From Gaiellaceae bacterium (GTDB lineage Bacteria; Actinomycetota; Thermoleophilia; Gaiellales; Gaiellaceae): 28,059 bases of DNA. A program made the position numbers and the translations under genes. The first letter of the stretch is position 1. Each line of letters starts with the position of its first letter. Below are positions 11,389 to 26,395 of this stretch, piece after piece. A model generated the notes under the pieces. That model had not been told where the DNA came from and searched no databases. It saw only the letters and a list, made by a program, of their open reading frames with translations. The stretch is taken from NCBI GenBank assembly GCA_035257065.1, contig DATEXK010000205.1:1-28059 (forward strand). Direction: 5' to 3'.

Positions 11389-11512
11389 CGCTTCGCTACG
11401 CTCGCTTCACGGGGGAAACCATGTTTCCCCCGTGGGCCCCCTTCTTCCTGCTGCTCACGGCGAGACGTCTCACTGCTGCGCCGAACAAGTTCGGCTCCGC
11501 GACGAAAGAGCC
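11389..11512 (+). repeat. REP/MITE-like double-hairpin repeat, copy B
   Basis: Hairpin 1 (11408-11434) is identical to that of copy A. Hairpin 2 gccgaac-aa-gttcggc. Ends ccgcgacgaaagagc, just past the stop of the 588-aa gene. Confidence 0.9.
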
Positions 11513-11517
11513 GCGAG

Positions 11518-13284
11518 TCAGCCGAGGCGCAGGAACGGGAGATACGACGTGAGGTCGACCGCTGCCGGTTGCGGCAGGTCGTCGCGCGCGCAGATTGCGT
11601 CGTTCAGGGCGGCGCGCTGTTGCGCGACGCTCCACTTCTCGAACGCGGCGCCGCGGGCGAACGAGCGGAGCGCGGCGGCGATTGTCGGCTTTGCCTGGCC
11701 GAGCGGCACCGCGCCGAGCGGAAGTGCATCCGCGAGCGCCTTCACCGTGAACGACCCGTCGCTCGTGCGCACGACAACCGAGCGCCCGGTGGCGACGTCG
11801 AAGAGCGGGCCCGGTGCGACCTCGTCGAGTGCGAGGCCCTTCGGCTTGCCACCGAGCCAGCCAGGCGCCGGCTTCGCCTGCACGAGCCGCACGAGCAGGT
11901 CCGGGTACGAGTCGTAGAAGGTCTTCACCTCGGACGCCGACGGGTTGCCCGCCGCGAGCGTCGCCTCGAGCTTCGCGCGCCGCAACTGGTCGCCGAGGAC
12001 GCCGCGCGCGATGTCGACGCTCGCGTGCGCCTGCTTCAACGCCGTGAGGTACGCGCTACTGCTTCCGTTGAACTCCTGGGCGATGACCGCGCGCTCGGCG
12101 GCGAGCACCGCCTGGCCCGGGACCGGAACCCTCCCGCTCTCGACGAGCCGCTCGTAGAGCGCGCTGTATGCGGTGTCGCGCTCGCCGGTGACGAGCTGGA
12201 GTCGCTGGATGGCGTCGTTCGACAAGAACTTGTCGCCCATGACGCACTGCTCGCCGGACACGAGCGTCGTCAGCTGTCCCGTCGTGCGCGACGGGTCGAA
12301 GTCGGTGCCGATCGCCTTTGGCGCGTTGCACAGCGCCGGCGAGCGAGTCCAGAGCCACGCACACAGCGCGTATGCCTTCGCGGGATCCTGCTCGGCGACG
12401 GTCCACTGCCCCCACCCCCACGACCAGACGGATGCGATGCCCGTCTCCGCCGCGACCTGTTGCGCGGCGAGCGACTGCCACTTCGCGACTTGATACCAGG
12501 CTGAGTCGGGTTGGAGGCCGCTCCTTCCGCCGAAGCCCTTCGTCGAGGCGAAGCTGATCATCAGACCGACGCGGCTGGGCGCGATGCCAATCGAGGTGAA
12601 GTCCTCGACGGCCTGCCGGTACGAGTCGCGCAGGTTGCGATTGCCGAGCACCGGCCCGCTCTTCCAGGTTGCGGTCGCCGGGATGTAGTCCTCCCGGACG
12701 ATCTCCGCAGCCGCGGCCAGCTGCTGCCACCACACGAGCGCGTCGCCGCCCGTGTACGGCCGCGCCGCGATCAGCATCACCGGGTGCGCACCGAGGGCGG
12801 CCAGCTGCTGCACGAACGTGAGCGCGTTCTGGCGGTACTGCGCGTTGTTGTCCGACCACGGAGTGACGAGCCCCGCGCCGGCGAGCTCGTTGAGCACGAT
12901 CACCGGAGTCGCGCAGCCGGTCTGCGCGACCGCGTAGTCGAAGAACGTCTTCGCGCGGGCGGCGAGGAGCGATGGGTCGGCCGGCTTCGTCGTCGTGCCG
13001 ATGCGGTTCGGCAGATTGAGGTCGAAGTAGACGGTCGCGGCACCCGCGGCGCGCATCTGCGCCGGCCATCCGCCGCTCGACGCGCCGACGACGATTCCCG
13101 GCTTGCCGAAAATCGCCTCGTACGCCGGGGTCGGCCAGCCGAACTCGGCATACAGCGGTTGCGTGTCCGGCAGGCCGCACTGGCCTGCGTACGGCGGAAG
13201 CGGTACCGAAGCGCCCCGCGCACCCGAGCCGATCGAGAGCACGGCCCCGCAGAGGACGACGAGTATTGCGAGCTGCTTCTTCAC
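11518..13284 (-). CDS. Secreted 588-aa hypothetical protein; putative GH-like TIM barrel plus PrsA/SurA-like C-terminal region
   Basis: GTG start, signal peptide MKKQLAILVVLCGAVLSIGSGARGA, codon usage typical of the window. Domain calls are motif-level inference only. Confidence 0.8.
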   Translation of the reverse strand: MKKQLAILVVLCGAVLSIGSGARGASVPLPPYAGQCGLPDTQPLYAEFGWPTPAYEAIFGKPGIVVGASSGGWPAQMRAAGAATVYFDLNLPNRIGTTTKPADPSLLAARAKTFFDYAVAQTGCATPVIVLNELAGAGLVTPWSDNNAQYRQNALTFVQQLAALGAHPVMLIAARPYTGGDALVWWQQLAAAAEIVREDYIPATATWKSGPVLGNRNLRDSYRQAVEDFTSIGIAPSRVGLMISFASTKGFGGRSGLQPDSAWYQVAKWQSLAAQQVAAETGIASVWSWGWGQWTVAEQDPAKAYALCAWLWTRSPALCNAPKAIGTDFDPSRTTGQLTTLVSGEQCVMGDKFLSNDAIQRLQLVTGERDTAYSALYERLVESGRVPVPGQAVLAAERAVIAQEFNGSSSAYLTALKQAHASVDIARGVLGDQLRRAKLEATLAAGNPSASEVKTFYDSYPDLLVRLVQAKPAPGWLGGKPKGLALDEVAPGPLFDVATGRSVVVRTSDGSFTVKALADALPLGAVPLGQAKPTIAAALRSFARGAAFEKWSVAQQRAALNDAICARDDLPQPAAVDLTSYLPFLRLG

Positions 13285-13327
13285 GAGACGCTGTACCTGT
13301 GTAGCAAGAAGGCCGGTCGGGCCACGA

Positions 13328-13452
13328 CAGCTCTTCCCGTCGCGGAGCCGAACTTGTTCGGCGCAGCAGTGATTCCGCCTGCCGCGAGCACGAACCCAGA
13401 AGGGGGTTCACGGGGGAAACTGGTTTCCCCCGTGAAGCAAGCGAAGCGATGC
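13328..13452 (-). repeat. REP/MITE-like double-hairpin repeat, copy C (inverted relative to A and B)
   Basis: Reverse complement reads gcatcgcttcgcttgcttcacgggggaaaccagtttcccccgtgaa...cactgctgcgccgaacaagttcggctccgcgacgggaagagc. Confidence 0.9.
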
Positions 13453-13455
13453 GTC

Positions 13456-13508
13456 AGGCCCACGGGGGAAACATGGTTTCCCCCGTGAAGCCCGCGAAGC
13501 GAAGCGAG
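13456..13508 (-). repeat. Partial repeat, copy D (leader plus hairpin 1 only), tandem with C
   Basis: Starts directly after the rpoC TAG: ctcgcttcgcttcgcgggcttcacgggggaaaccatgtttcccccgtgggcc; hairpin at 13461-13487. Confidence 0.88.
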
Positions 13509-18089
<4,581 letters not shown>

Positions 18090-18108
18090 GTTTCTCCTCA
18101 GTCCCTAA

Positions 18109-21786
<3,678 letters not shown>

Positions 21787-21887
21787 TAGAAAAAGCCTCC
21801 CTTAAGGACGTGCGAAATCAGCTGAATGCAGGCGAGCGGGCAATGGGCGGGCGCACGGACGTGACGAACGTCGGCGCGCAACCAGCA

Positions 21888-21917
21888 AGAGTACCGGAAA
21901 CGACCCCTTTACCGCAA
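21888..21917 (-). promoter_or_regulatory. Candidate rpoBC promoter (proximal)
   Basis: Minus strand TTGCGG (21917-21912), 18-nt spacer, TACTCT (21893-21888). Confidence 0.45.
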
Positions 21918-21951
21918 GCGAAGCCCGCGGGCGATTGCCGGATTGCTCGGA

Positions 21952-21980
21952 ACTGTAGCGCGCTGCCCCCCGTCCGTCCA
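21952..21980 (-). promoter_or_regulatory. Candidate rpoBC promoter (distal)
   Basis: Minus strand TGGACG, 17-nt spacer, TACAGT (21957-21952). Confidence 0.35.
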
Positions 21981-21991
21981 GGGGCGGAAGG

Positions 21992-22022
21992 GGACGGCGC
22001 CCCGGGGGCCGGGGCGCCGTCC
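21992..22022 (-). terminator. Strong hairpin after the Thr-rich gene (terminator-like, weak U tail)
   Basis: Perfect 14-bp stem ggacggcgccccgg / ccggggcgccgtcc with a 3-nt loop, about 15 nt after the stop at 22037. Confidence 0.6.
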
Positions 22023-22036
22023 GGAATCCCGGGTCC

Positions 22037-22606
22037 TTACGGCTGGGTCGTGGTCGTGCCGGTGGTGGTGCCGGCGGTGGTCGTCGCGGCGGTCGTCGTG
22101 GTCGCGGCGGTCGTCGTGGTCGCGGCGGTGGTCGTCGTCGCCGGAACCGTCGTGGTGACGGTCGTCGTGCCGTGCCCGTGCTCGTGCCTGCCGTGGTGCT
22201 CGTCGTGCTTCTGGGTCGTCGTCTGCCCGGTGGTCGTCTGGCCGGTCGTCGTCGTCTGCCCGGTGGTGGTGACCGGGAACGGCCGGACGGGCCGGAGCTC
22301 GACGTCCTTCACCGTGAAGACGAGCGCGGAGCCGGTGCGCGTCGCGCAGGCCTCGGCCCGGACACGCACGGTCTGCCCGGTGGAGCCAACGGCCAGATTC
22401 AGCTGCGTGCCCGCGGGGACGAGGCTCCGCGGGCCGGCGCGGTCGACGGTCAGGGCGAGGGTCAGCGGCGCGACCGTCCCGGAAAGATGCACGGGGTGGC
22501 AGAAATCGCCGAGCTTCATGCCGTACCCGCCGTGGTCAGCGAGCGCGATCGACGCAAAGATGCCCGCGGCGAACACGGCGGACAGAGCGATCAGCTTGAG
22601 CTTCAT
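22037..22606 (-). CDS. Secreted Thr-rich, His-patch hypothetical protein (189 aa)
   Basis: GGAGG SD, signal peptide ending ...ASIALA, ~85-aa beta-rich domain, then TTTGQ repeats, KHDEHHGRHEHGHG and AATTTT repeats. Strong hairpins on both sides. Confidence 0.85.
   Translation of the reverse strand: MKLKLIALSAVFAAGIFASIALADHGGYGMKLGDFCHPVHLSGTVAPLTLALTVDRAGPRSLVPAGTQLNLAVGSTGQTVRVRAEACATRTGSALVFTVKDVELRPVRPFPVTTTGQTTTTGQTTTGQTTTQKHDEHHGRHEHGHGTTTVTTTVPATTTTAATTTTAATTTTAATTTAGTTTGTTTTQP
22083..22136. repeat. 18-bp coding tandem repeat (2 perfect + 1 imperfect units)
   Basis: gtcgcggcggtcgtcgtg at 22083-22100 and 22101-22118, degenerate third unit after that; encodes AATTTT repeats. Confidence 0.85.
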
Positions 22607-22689
22607 CTAATCCTCCAGGGAGTAACTCGGCGTCGCACGTGGAGATGCTCTGCCGCGGACAAACATGCGGCTCCCTTCGTAAAACCCCT

Positions 22690-22728
22690 GTAAAGCAGGA
22701 CGAGGGGCGCCTTTCGGCGCCCCTCGTC
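22690..22728 (-). terminator. Intrinsic terminator of rplJL
   Basis: Minus strand 13-bp stem GACGAGGGGCGCC-GAAA-GGCGCCCCTCGTC followed by CTGCTTTA. Confidence 0.75.
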
Positions 22729-22749
22729 GAACTCGAGCGATGAAGCGGG

Positions 22750-23124
22750 TTACTTGATCTCGACCGAGGCGCCGGCTTCCTCGAGCTGCGCCTTGAGCGA
22801 ATCTGCCTCTTCCTGGTTGATGCCCTCCTTGACCGGCCCGGGAGCCGAGTCGACGAGGTCCTTCGCTTCCTTCAGGCCGAGCCCGGTGATCGCGCGAACG
22901 ACCTTGATCACCTGGATCTTCTGCTGGCCCGCTCCGGTGAGGATGACGTCGAACGCCGTCTTCTCCTCCACCTCGGCCGCGGGTGCTCCGCCGCCGGCGG
23001 CCGCAACCGCGACCGGCGCAGCGGCGGTGATGCCCCACTCGTCCTCGATTTTCTTCTTCAGCTCGACCAGCTCGAGAACGGACATGCTCCCGAGCTGCTC
23101 GAAGATCGTGTCGACAGCAGCCAT
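22750..23124 (-). CDS. rplL: 50S ribosomal protein bL12 (L7/L12)
   Basis: [28 protein letters not shown]...[10 protein letters not shown]...[12 protein letters not shown]...[11 protein letters not shown]. Confidence 0.98.
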   Translation of the reverse strand: MAAVDTIFEQLGSMSVLELVELKKKIEDEWGITAAAPVAVAAAGGGAPAAEVEEKTAFDVILTGAGQQKIQVIKVVRAITGLGLKEAKDLVDSAPGPVKEGINQEEADSLKAQLEEAGASVEIK

Positions 23125-23840
23125 TACTGCGCCTCCTCGTGGTCTTCGGTGGTTGTCTCTTCCGTTGCGGCCGGCTCGGGAGCCTCATCCGCGGGTGCTT
23201 CCGTCGTCTCTGCGTCGGCGGCCGGCTCCTCAGCGGGAGCGGCCTCCTCGGCGGGAGCCGTCTCTTCTACGACCGGGGCGGCCTCGGCGGGAGCCGCGGA
23301 CGCCGACGTGTCGCCGCCTGCCTCGAGCTGCTCGATGCGAGCGTCGATCAGGCCGTACAGGTTCTGCAGCGGTGCGGTGACGAGGCCCAGCAGGGCCGTG
23401 ACAGGCGCGATGATCGCGGCGAGTACCTGGCCGCGCAGGATGTCGAGCGGCGGGAGCGTTGCGAGGCTCTCGACCTCTTCGGCCGTCATCGTGCGGCCCT
23501 GGAGCACGCCGCCCTTGATCATCAGGATCTTCGACTCGCGGGCCATGTCGGCGAGCGCCTTGGCGGCGGCCACCATGTCACCCTCGGCCGCGAGGAAGGC
23601 GATCGCGCTCGGCCCTTCGAGCAGGGTCAGGAGCGCCTCGGAGCCGGCGGCCTCTGCGGCACGCCGCCCGAGTGTGTTCTTGACGACCGAGAAACGGGCG
23701 CCGCTCTCGAGCAGCCGGGTGCGAAGCGCATCGATCTGCGGCATTGTGAGGCCGCGGTAATCGGCCACGAGCAGCGTCTCGGACGTGCGCAGCCGCTCCG
23801 TCAGCTCGGCGACGACGAGCTCCTTGTCTTCTTTCTTCAT
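23124..23840 (-). CDS. rplJ: 50S ribosomal protein uL10 with 64-aa acidic C-terminal extension
   Basis: [42 protein letters not shown]. Confidence 0.97.
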   Translation of the reverse strand: MKKEDKELVVAELTERLRTSETLLVADYRGLTMPQIDALRTRLLESGARFSVVKNTLGRRAAEAAGSEALLTLLEGPSAIAFLAAEGDMVAAAKALADMARESKILMIKGGVLQGRTMTAEEVESLATLPPLDILRGQVLAAIIAPVTALLGLVTAPLQNLYGLIDARIEQLEAGGDTSASAAPAEAAPVVEETAPAEEAAPAEEPAADAETTEAPADEAPEPAATEETTTEDHEEAQ

Positions 23841-23843
23841 CTG

Positions 23844-23995
23844 GTCATTTCCTCCGGAAATGACTAGGCCCGCTTGAGGCGGGCCGAGAAGCGGAGGGGC
23901 TTCGCCCGTACACGGGGCGTCTCCACGTTCGTCCCCACCTCGGCTGGACTTCTGCCGCCCTTCATCAAGGCGACTGCCAACTGTCTCCGGCGGTT
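23844..23995 (-). ncRNA. L10 leader (rplJL autoregulatory 5' UTR)
   Basis: Intergenic rplA-rplJ region reads CCGCCGGAGACAGUUGG...CCAGCCGAGGUGG, resembling the L10-leader GAGAC/CGAGG core. Downstream hairpins at 23867-23885 and 23844-23864. Confidence 0.75.
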
Positions 23996-24004
23996 CTAGT
24001 CGAT

Positions 24005-24766
24005 TTAGCTTGCGAGTGTAGCTGCCTTCAGCGAGGAATCGGTCTCAGCCGATCCCTCCAGTTCGTCGACGATCCCGCGCACGCGTGTCGGGTCGACGTG
24101 GATGCCCGGGCCCATCGTGCTCGCCAGTGTGATCTGCTGGATGTAGCGGCCCTTGGACGCCGACGGCTTCGCACGGATGATCTCCTCCACGACCGTCGCG
24201 TAGTTCTCGACGAGCGCGCGTTCGTCAAAGCTCTTCTTGCCGATCGCCAAGTGCACGTTCGCGCCGCGGTCGGTCCGGTACTCGAGCTTGCCCGCCTTCG
24301 CCTCGCGCACGGCCTTGCCGATGTCGAAGGTGACGGTGCCGGTCTTCGGGTTCGGCATCAGGCCGCGCGGACCGAGGACGCGGCCGAGCCGGCCGACGTT
24401 GCCCATCTGGTCCGGCGTGGCGATCGCCACGTCGAAGTCGGTGAAGCCCTCCTGAACGCGCGTGGCGAGATCGGCGGAGCCCACGATGTCGGCGCCGGCC
24501 TCCTCGGCCTCGCGTGCCTTGTCGCCCTCGGCGAAGACGGCGACGCGGACGTCGCGGCCGGTGCCGTGGGGAAGCATGAGCGTGCCGCGGAGCTGCTCGT
24601 CGGCGTGACGCACGTTGAGCCCGAGGCGGAAGTGCACCTCGACCGTCTCGTCGAACTTCGCGAGCTCCATCGCCTTGAGCTTGCGGATCGCCTCGACCGG
24701 CGAATACGTCTTCTCGCGGTCGATCGAGCCGCGCGCGTCGACGTATTTCTTGCCGTGCTGCGCCAT
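24005..24766 (-). CDS. rplA: 50S ribosomal protein uL1
   Basis: [51 protein letters not shown]. Confidence 0.98.
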   Translation of the reverse strand: MAQHGKKYVDARGSIDREKTYSPVEAIRKLKAMELAKFDETVEVHFRLGLNVRHADEQLRGTLMLPHGTGRDVRVAVFAEGDKAREAEEAGADIVGSADLATRVQEGFTDFDVAIATPDQMGNVGRLGRVLGPRGLMPNPKTGTVTFDIGKAVREAKAGKLEYRTDRGANVHLAIGKKSFDERALVENYATVVEEIIRAKPSASKGRYIQQITLASTMGPGIHVDPTRVRGIVDELEGSAETDSSLKAATLAS

Positions 24767-25191
24767 TACAGGTCCACCTCGACTCCCATCGAGCGGGCGG
24801 TGCCCGCGATGATCAGTGCGGCGTGATCGATGTCACGCGCGTTCAGATCCTGCAGCTTGGTCTCGGCGATCTGGCGGACCTGCGTGCGCGAGAGGCGCCC
24901 GACCTTGAGCCGGTTCGGCTCGGCTGAGCCCTTCTCGATCCGCAGCGCCTCCTTGATCAACACGGCCGCCGGAGGCGTCTTCGTGATGAACGTGAAGGAG
25001 CGGTCCTCGAACACGGTGATCTCGACCGGCGTGATGCGCCCGTTCTGATCGGCCGTCTGGGCGTTGAACGCCTTGCAGAACTCCATGATGTTGACCCCGT
25101 GCTGACCGAGCGCGGGACCGACCGGCGGTGCGGGGTTCGCCTGACCGCCGGGAATCTGGAGCTTGATGATCGTCAGTACTTTCTTTGCCAT
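24766..25191 (-). CDS. rplK: 50S ribosomal protein uL11
   Basis: [35 protein letters not shown]...IAGTARSMG. Confidence 0.99.
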   Translation of the reverse strand: MAKKVLTIIKLQIPGGQANPAPPVGPALGQHGVNIMEFCKAFNAQTADQNGRITPVEITVFEDRSFTFITKTPPAAVLIKEALRIEKGSAEPNRLKVGRLSRTQVRQIAETKLQDLNARDIDHAALIIAGTARSMGVEVDL

Positions 25192-25201
25192 CTCAAATCC
25201 C

Positions 25202-25732
25202 CTAGTCGAGCTTCTTCACGTTGTCGAATCCGACCTCGACCGGCACCTGCCGCTCGAAGATGTTGACCATGACCTGGAGCTTCTGGCCGTCGGCGTTCAC
25301 GTCGGTGATCTCGCCGTCGAAGTCGGCCAGAGGGCCGGACGTGATCTTCACCGACTCGCCGAGCGAGAACTCGACCTGATTGCGCGCCGGCGCGACGCCG
25401 CCCGCGTTGGTGTGCAGGATCCTGTCGACCTCGGGCTGCGAAAGCGGCACGGGCTTCGACCCGGCGCCGACGAAGCCCGTCACGCCCGGAGTGTTCTTGA
25501 CGACCATCCAGGCGTCGTCGTTCAGATCCATGTTGACGAGTACGTAGCCCGGGAGAACGCGCTTCTCCGCCGTGACCTTCTGACCGTCCTTCGTCTCGAT
25601 CACCTGCTCGGTGGGGACGACGACTCGCCGGAAGCGGGCGCGCTGGTTCATCGACTCGACACGGTGCTCGAGATTGGCTTTCACCTTGTTCTCGTGCCCG
25701 GAGTACGTATTGATCACATACCAGCGAAACAT
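25202..25732 (-). CDS. nusG: Transcription termination/antitermination factor NusG
   Basis: [36 protein letters not shown] motif [16 protein letters not shown]. Confidence 0.98.
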   Translation of the reverse strand: MFRWYVINTYSGHENKVKANLEHRVESMNQRARFRRVVVPTEQVIETKDGQKVTAEKRVLPGYVLVNMDLNDDAWMVVKNTPGVTGFVGAGSKPVPLSQPEVDRILHTNAGGVAPARNQVEFSLGESVKITSGPLADFDGEITDVNADGQKLQVMVNIFERQVPVEVGFDNVKKLD

Positions 25733-25742
25733 TCGGTCCTCT

Positions 25743-26093
25743 CTATCGCAGCAAGACGTGCTGCACGACGTAATGCCACACGGTGTCGTTGAGGTACAGG
25801 TAGACGCCCACGATCAAACAGGCGATCAGCACGACGGCCGTCCCACTGACAACCGCCTTCTGACTGGGCCATTCGACCTTCTTGAGCTCGCCCACGGCCT
25901 CCTGGACGAAGTGGATCGGCCCCGAGCCGGGGATGTGGCGCTCGTCGGAACGCGGCTGCTTGCGCGCGGGCTCCGAGTCGCCGCCCCCGTTCGCGGTCGG
26001 CCGCGGAGGAGTACGCGGCGGCGGGCCTCCGGCGAGAGCCGGTTGCTGCTGCGCGCGCCTGTCCCGGCGCTGCTGACGCGTTTGCCTGGCCAT
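25743..26093 (-). CDS. secE: Preprotein translocase subunit SecE with Arg/Pro-rich N-terminal extension
   Basis: FVQEAVGELKKVEWPS followed by a single TM helix; lies between rpmG and nusG. Confidence 0.93.
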   Translation of the reverse strand: MARQTRQQRRDRRAQQQPALAGGPPPRTPPRPTANGGGDSEPARKQPRSDERHIPGSGPIHFVQEAVGELKKVEWPSQKAVVSGTAVVLIACLIVGVYLYLNDTVWHYVVQHVLLR

Positions 26094-26105
26094 GCAAGGT
26101 CGGGG

Positions 26106-26267
26106 TTACCGAGTCTCCCGATGGGGTTGGTGACACTTGCACCAGCGGCAGTACTTCTTGAACTCCACCCGGTCGGGTGAGTTCCGCTTCGACTTCTGCG
26201 TCTGATAGTTCCGTCGCTTGCACTCCGTGCAGGCGAGCGTGATTGCGACTCTGACTCCAGTGGCCAT
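26106..26267 (-). CDS. rpmG: 50S ribosomal protein bL33, zinc-binding (C+) type, 53 aa
   Basis: Below the ORF-track cutoff. Manual translation: [53 protein letters not shown]. Confidence 0.97.
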   Translation of the reverse strand: MATGVRVAITLACTECKRRNYQTQKSKRNSPDRVEFKKYCRWCKCHQPHRETR

Positions 26268-26303
26268 TTCTCTGTCTTTACCTCGAAGGTGGACGCGTTA
26301 AAG

Positions 26304-26377
26304 TAGCGGCGGGTGGGCTCGAACCACCGACCTCTGCATTATGAGTGCAGCGCTCTGACCAGCTGAGCTACGCCGCC
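26304..26377 (-). tRNA. tRNA-Met(CAT), probably elongator; CCA not encoded
   Basis: GGCGGCGTAGCTCAGCTGGTCAGAGCG-CTGCA-CTCATAA-TGCAG-AGGTCGGTGGTTCGAGCCCACCCGCCGCTA. G1:U72 pair, no initiator C1:A72 mismatch or GGG/CCC anticodon stem. Ile2 is not fully excluded. Confidence 0.93.
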
Positions 26378-26389
26378 CCGCGCCGCGGG

Positions 26390-26395
26390 AGTGTA
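26390..26395 (-). promoter_or_regulatory. Candidate -10 box for the tRNA-Met-rpmG-secE-nusG transcript
   Basis: Minus strand TACACT 12 nt upstream of tRNA G1; no convincing -35. Confidence 0.4.

Noticed and set aside
9986-13508. Repeats read as a CRISPR array
   Set aside because: Units are ~120 bp, separated by whole genes (1.3-1.8 kb), in mixed orientation, and no cas genes are present.
9986-13508. Repeats read as integron attC sites
   Set aside because: No RYYYAAC/GTTRRRY core pair bounds the units, orientations are mixed, genes have their own expression signals, and no integron integrase is in the window.
24760-25210. uL1 autoregulatory site at the rplK or rplA start
   Set aside because: The nusG-rplK gap is 10 nt and rplK-rplA overlap. 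GGGAG/GAGG-like sequence at the rplK end is explained by coding and SD needs, and I could not build the canonical structure by eye.
26304-26377. tRNA as initiator fMet
   Set aside because: It lacks the C1:A72 mismatch and the three consecutive G:C pairs in the anticodon stem.
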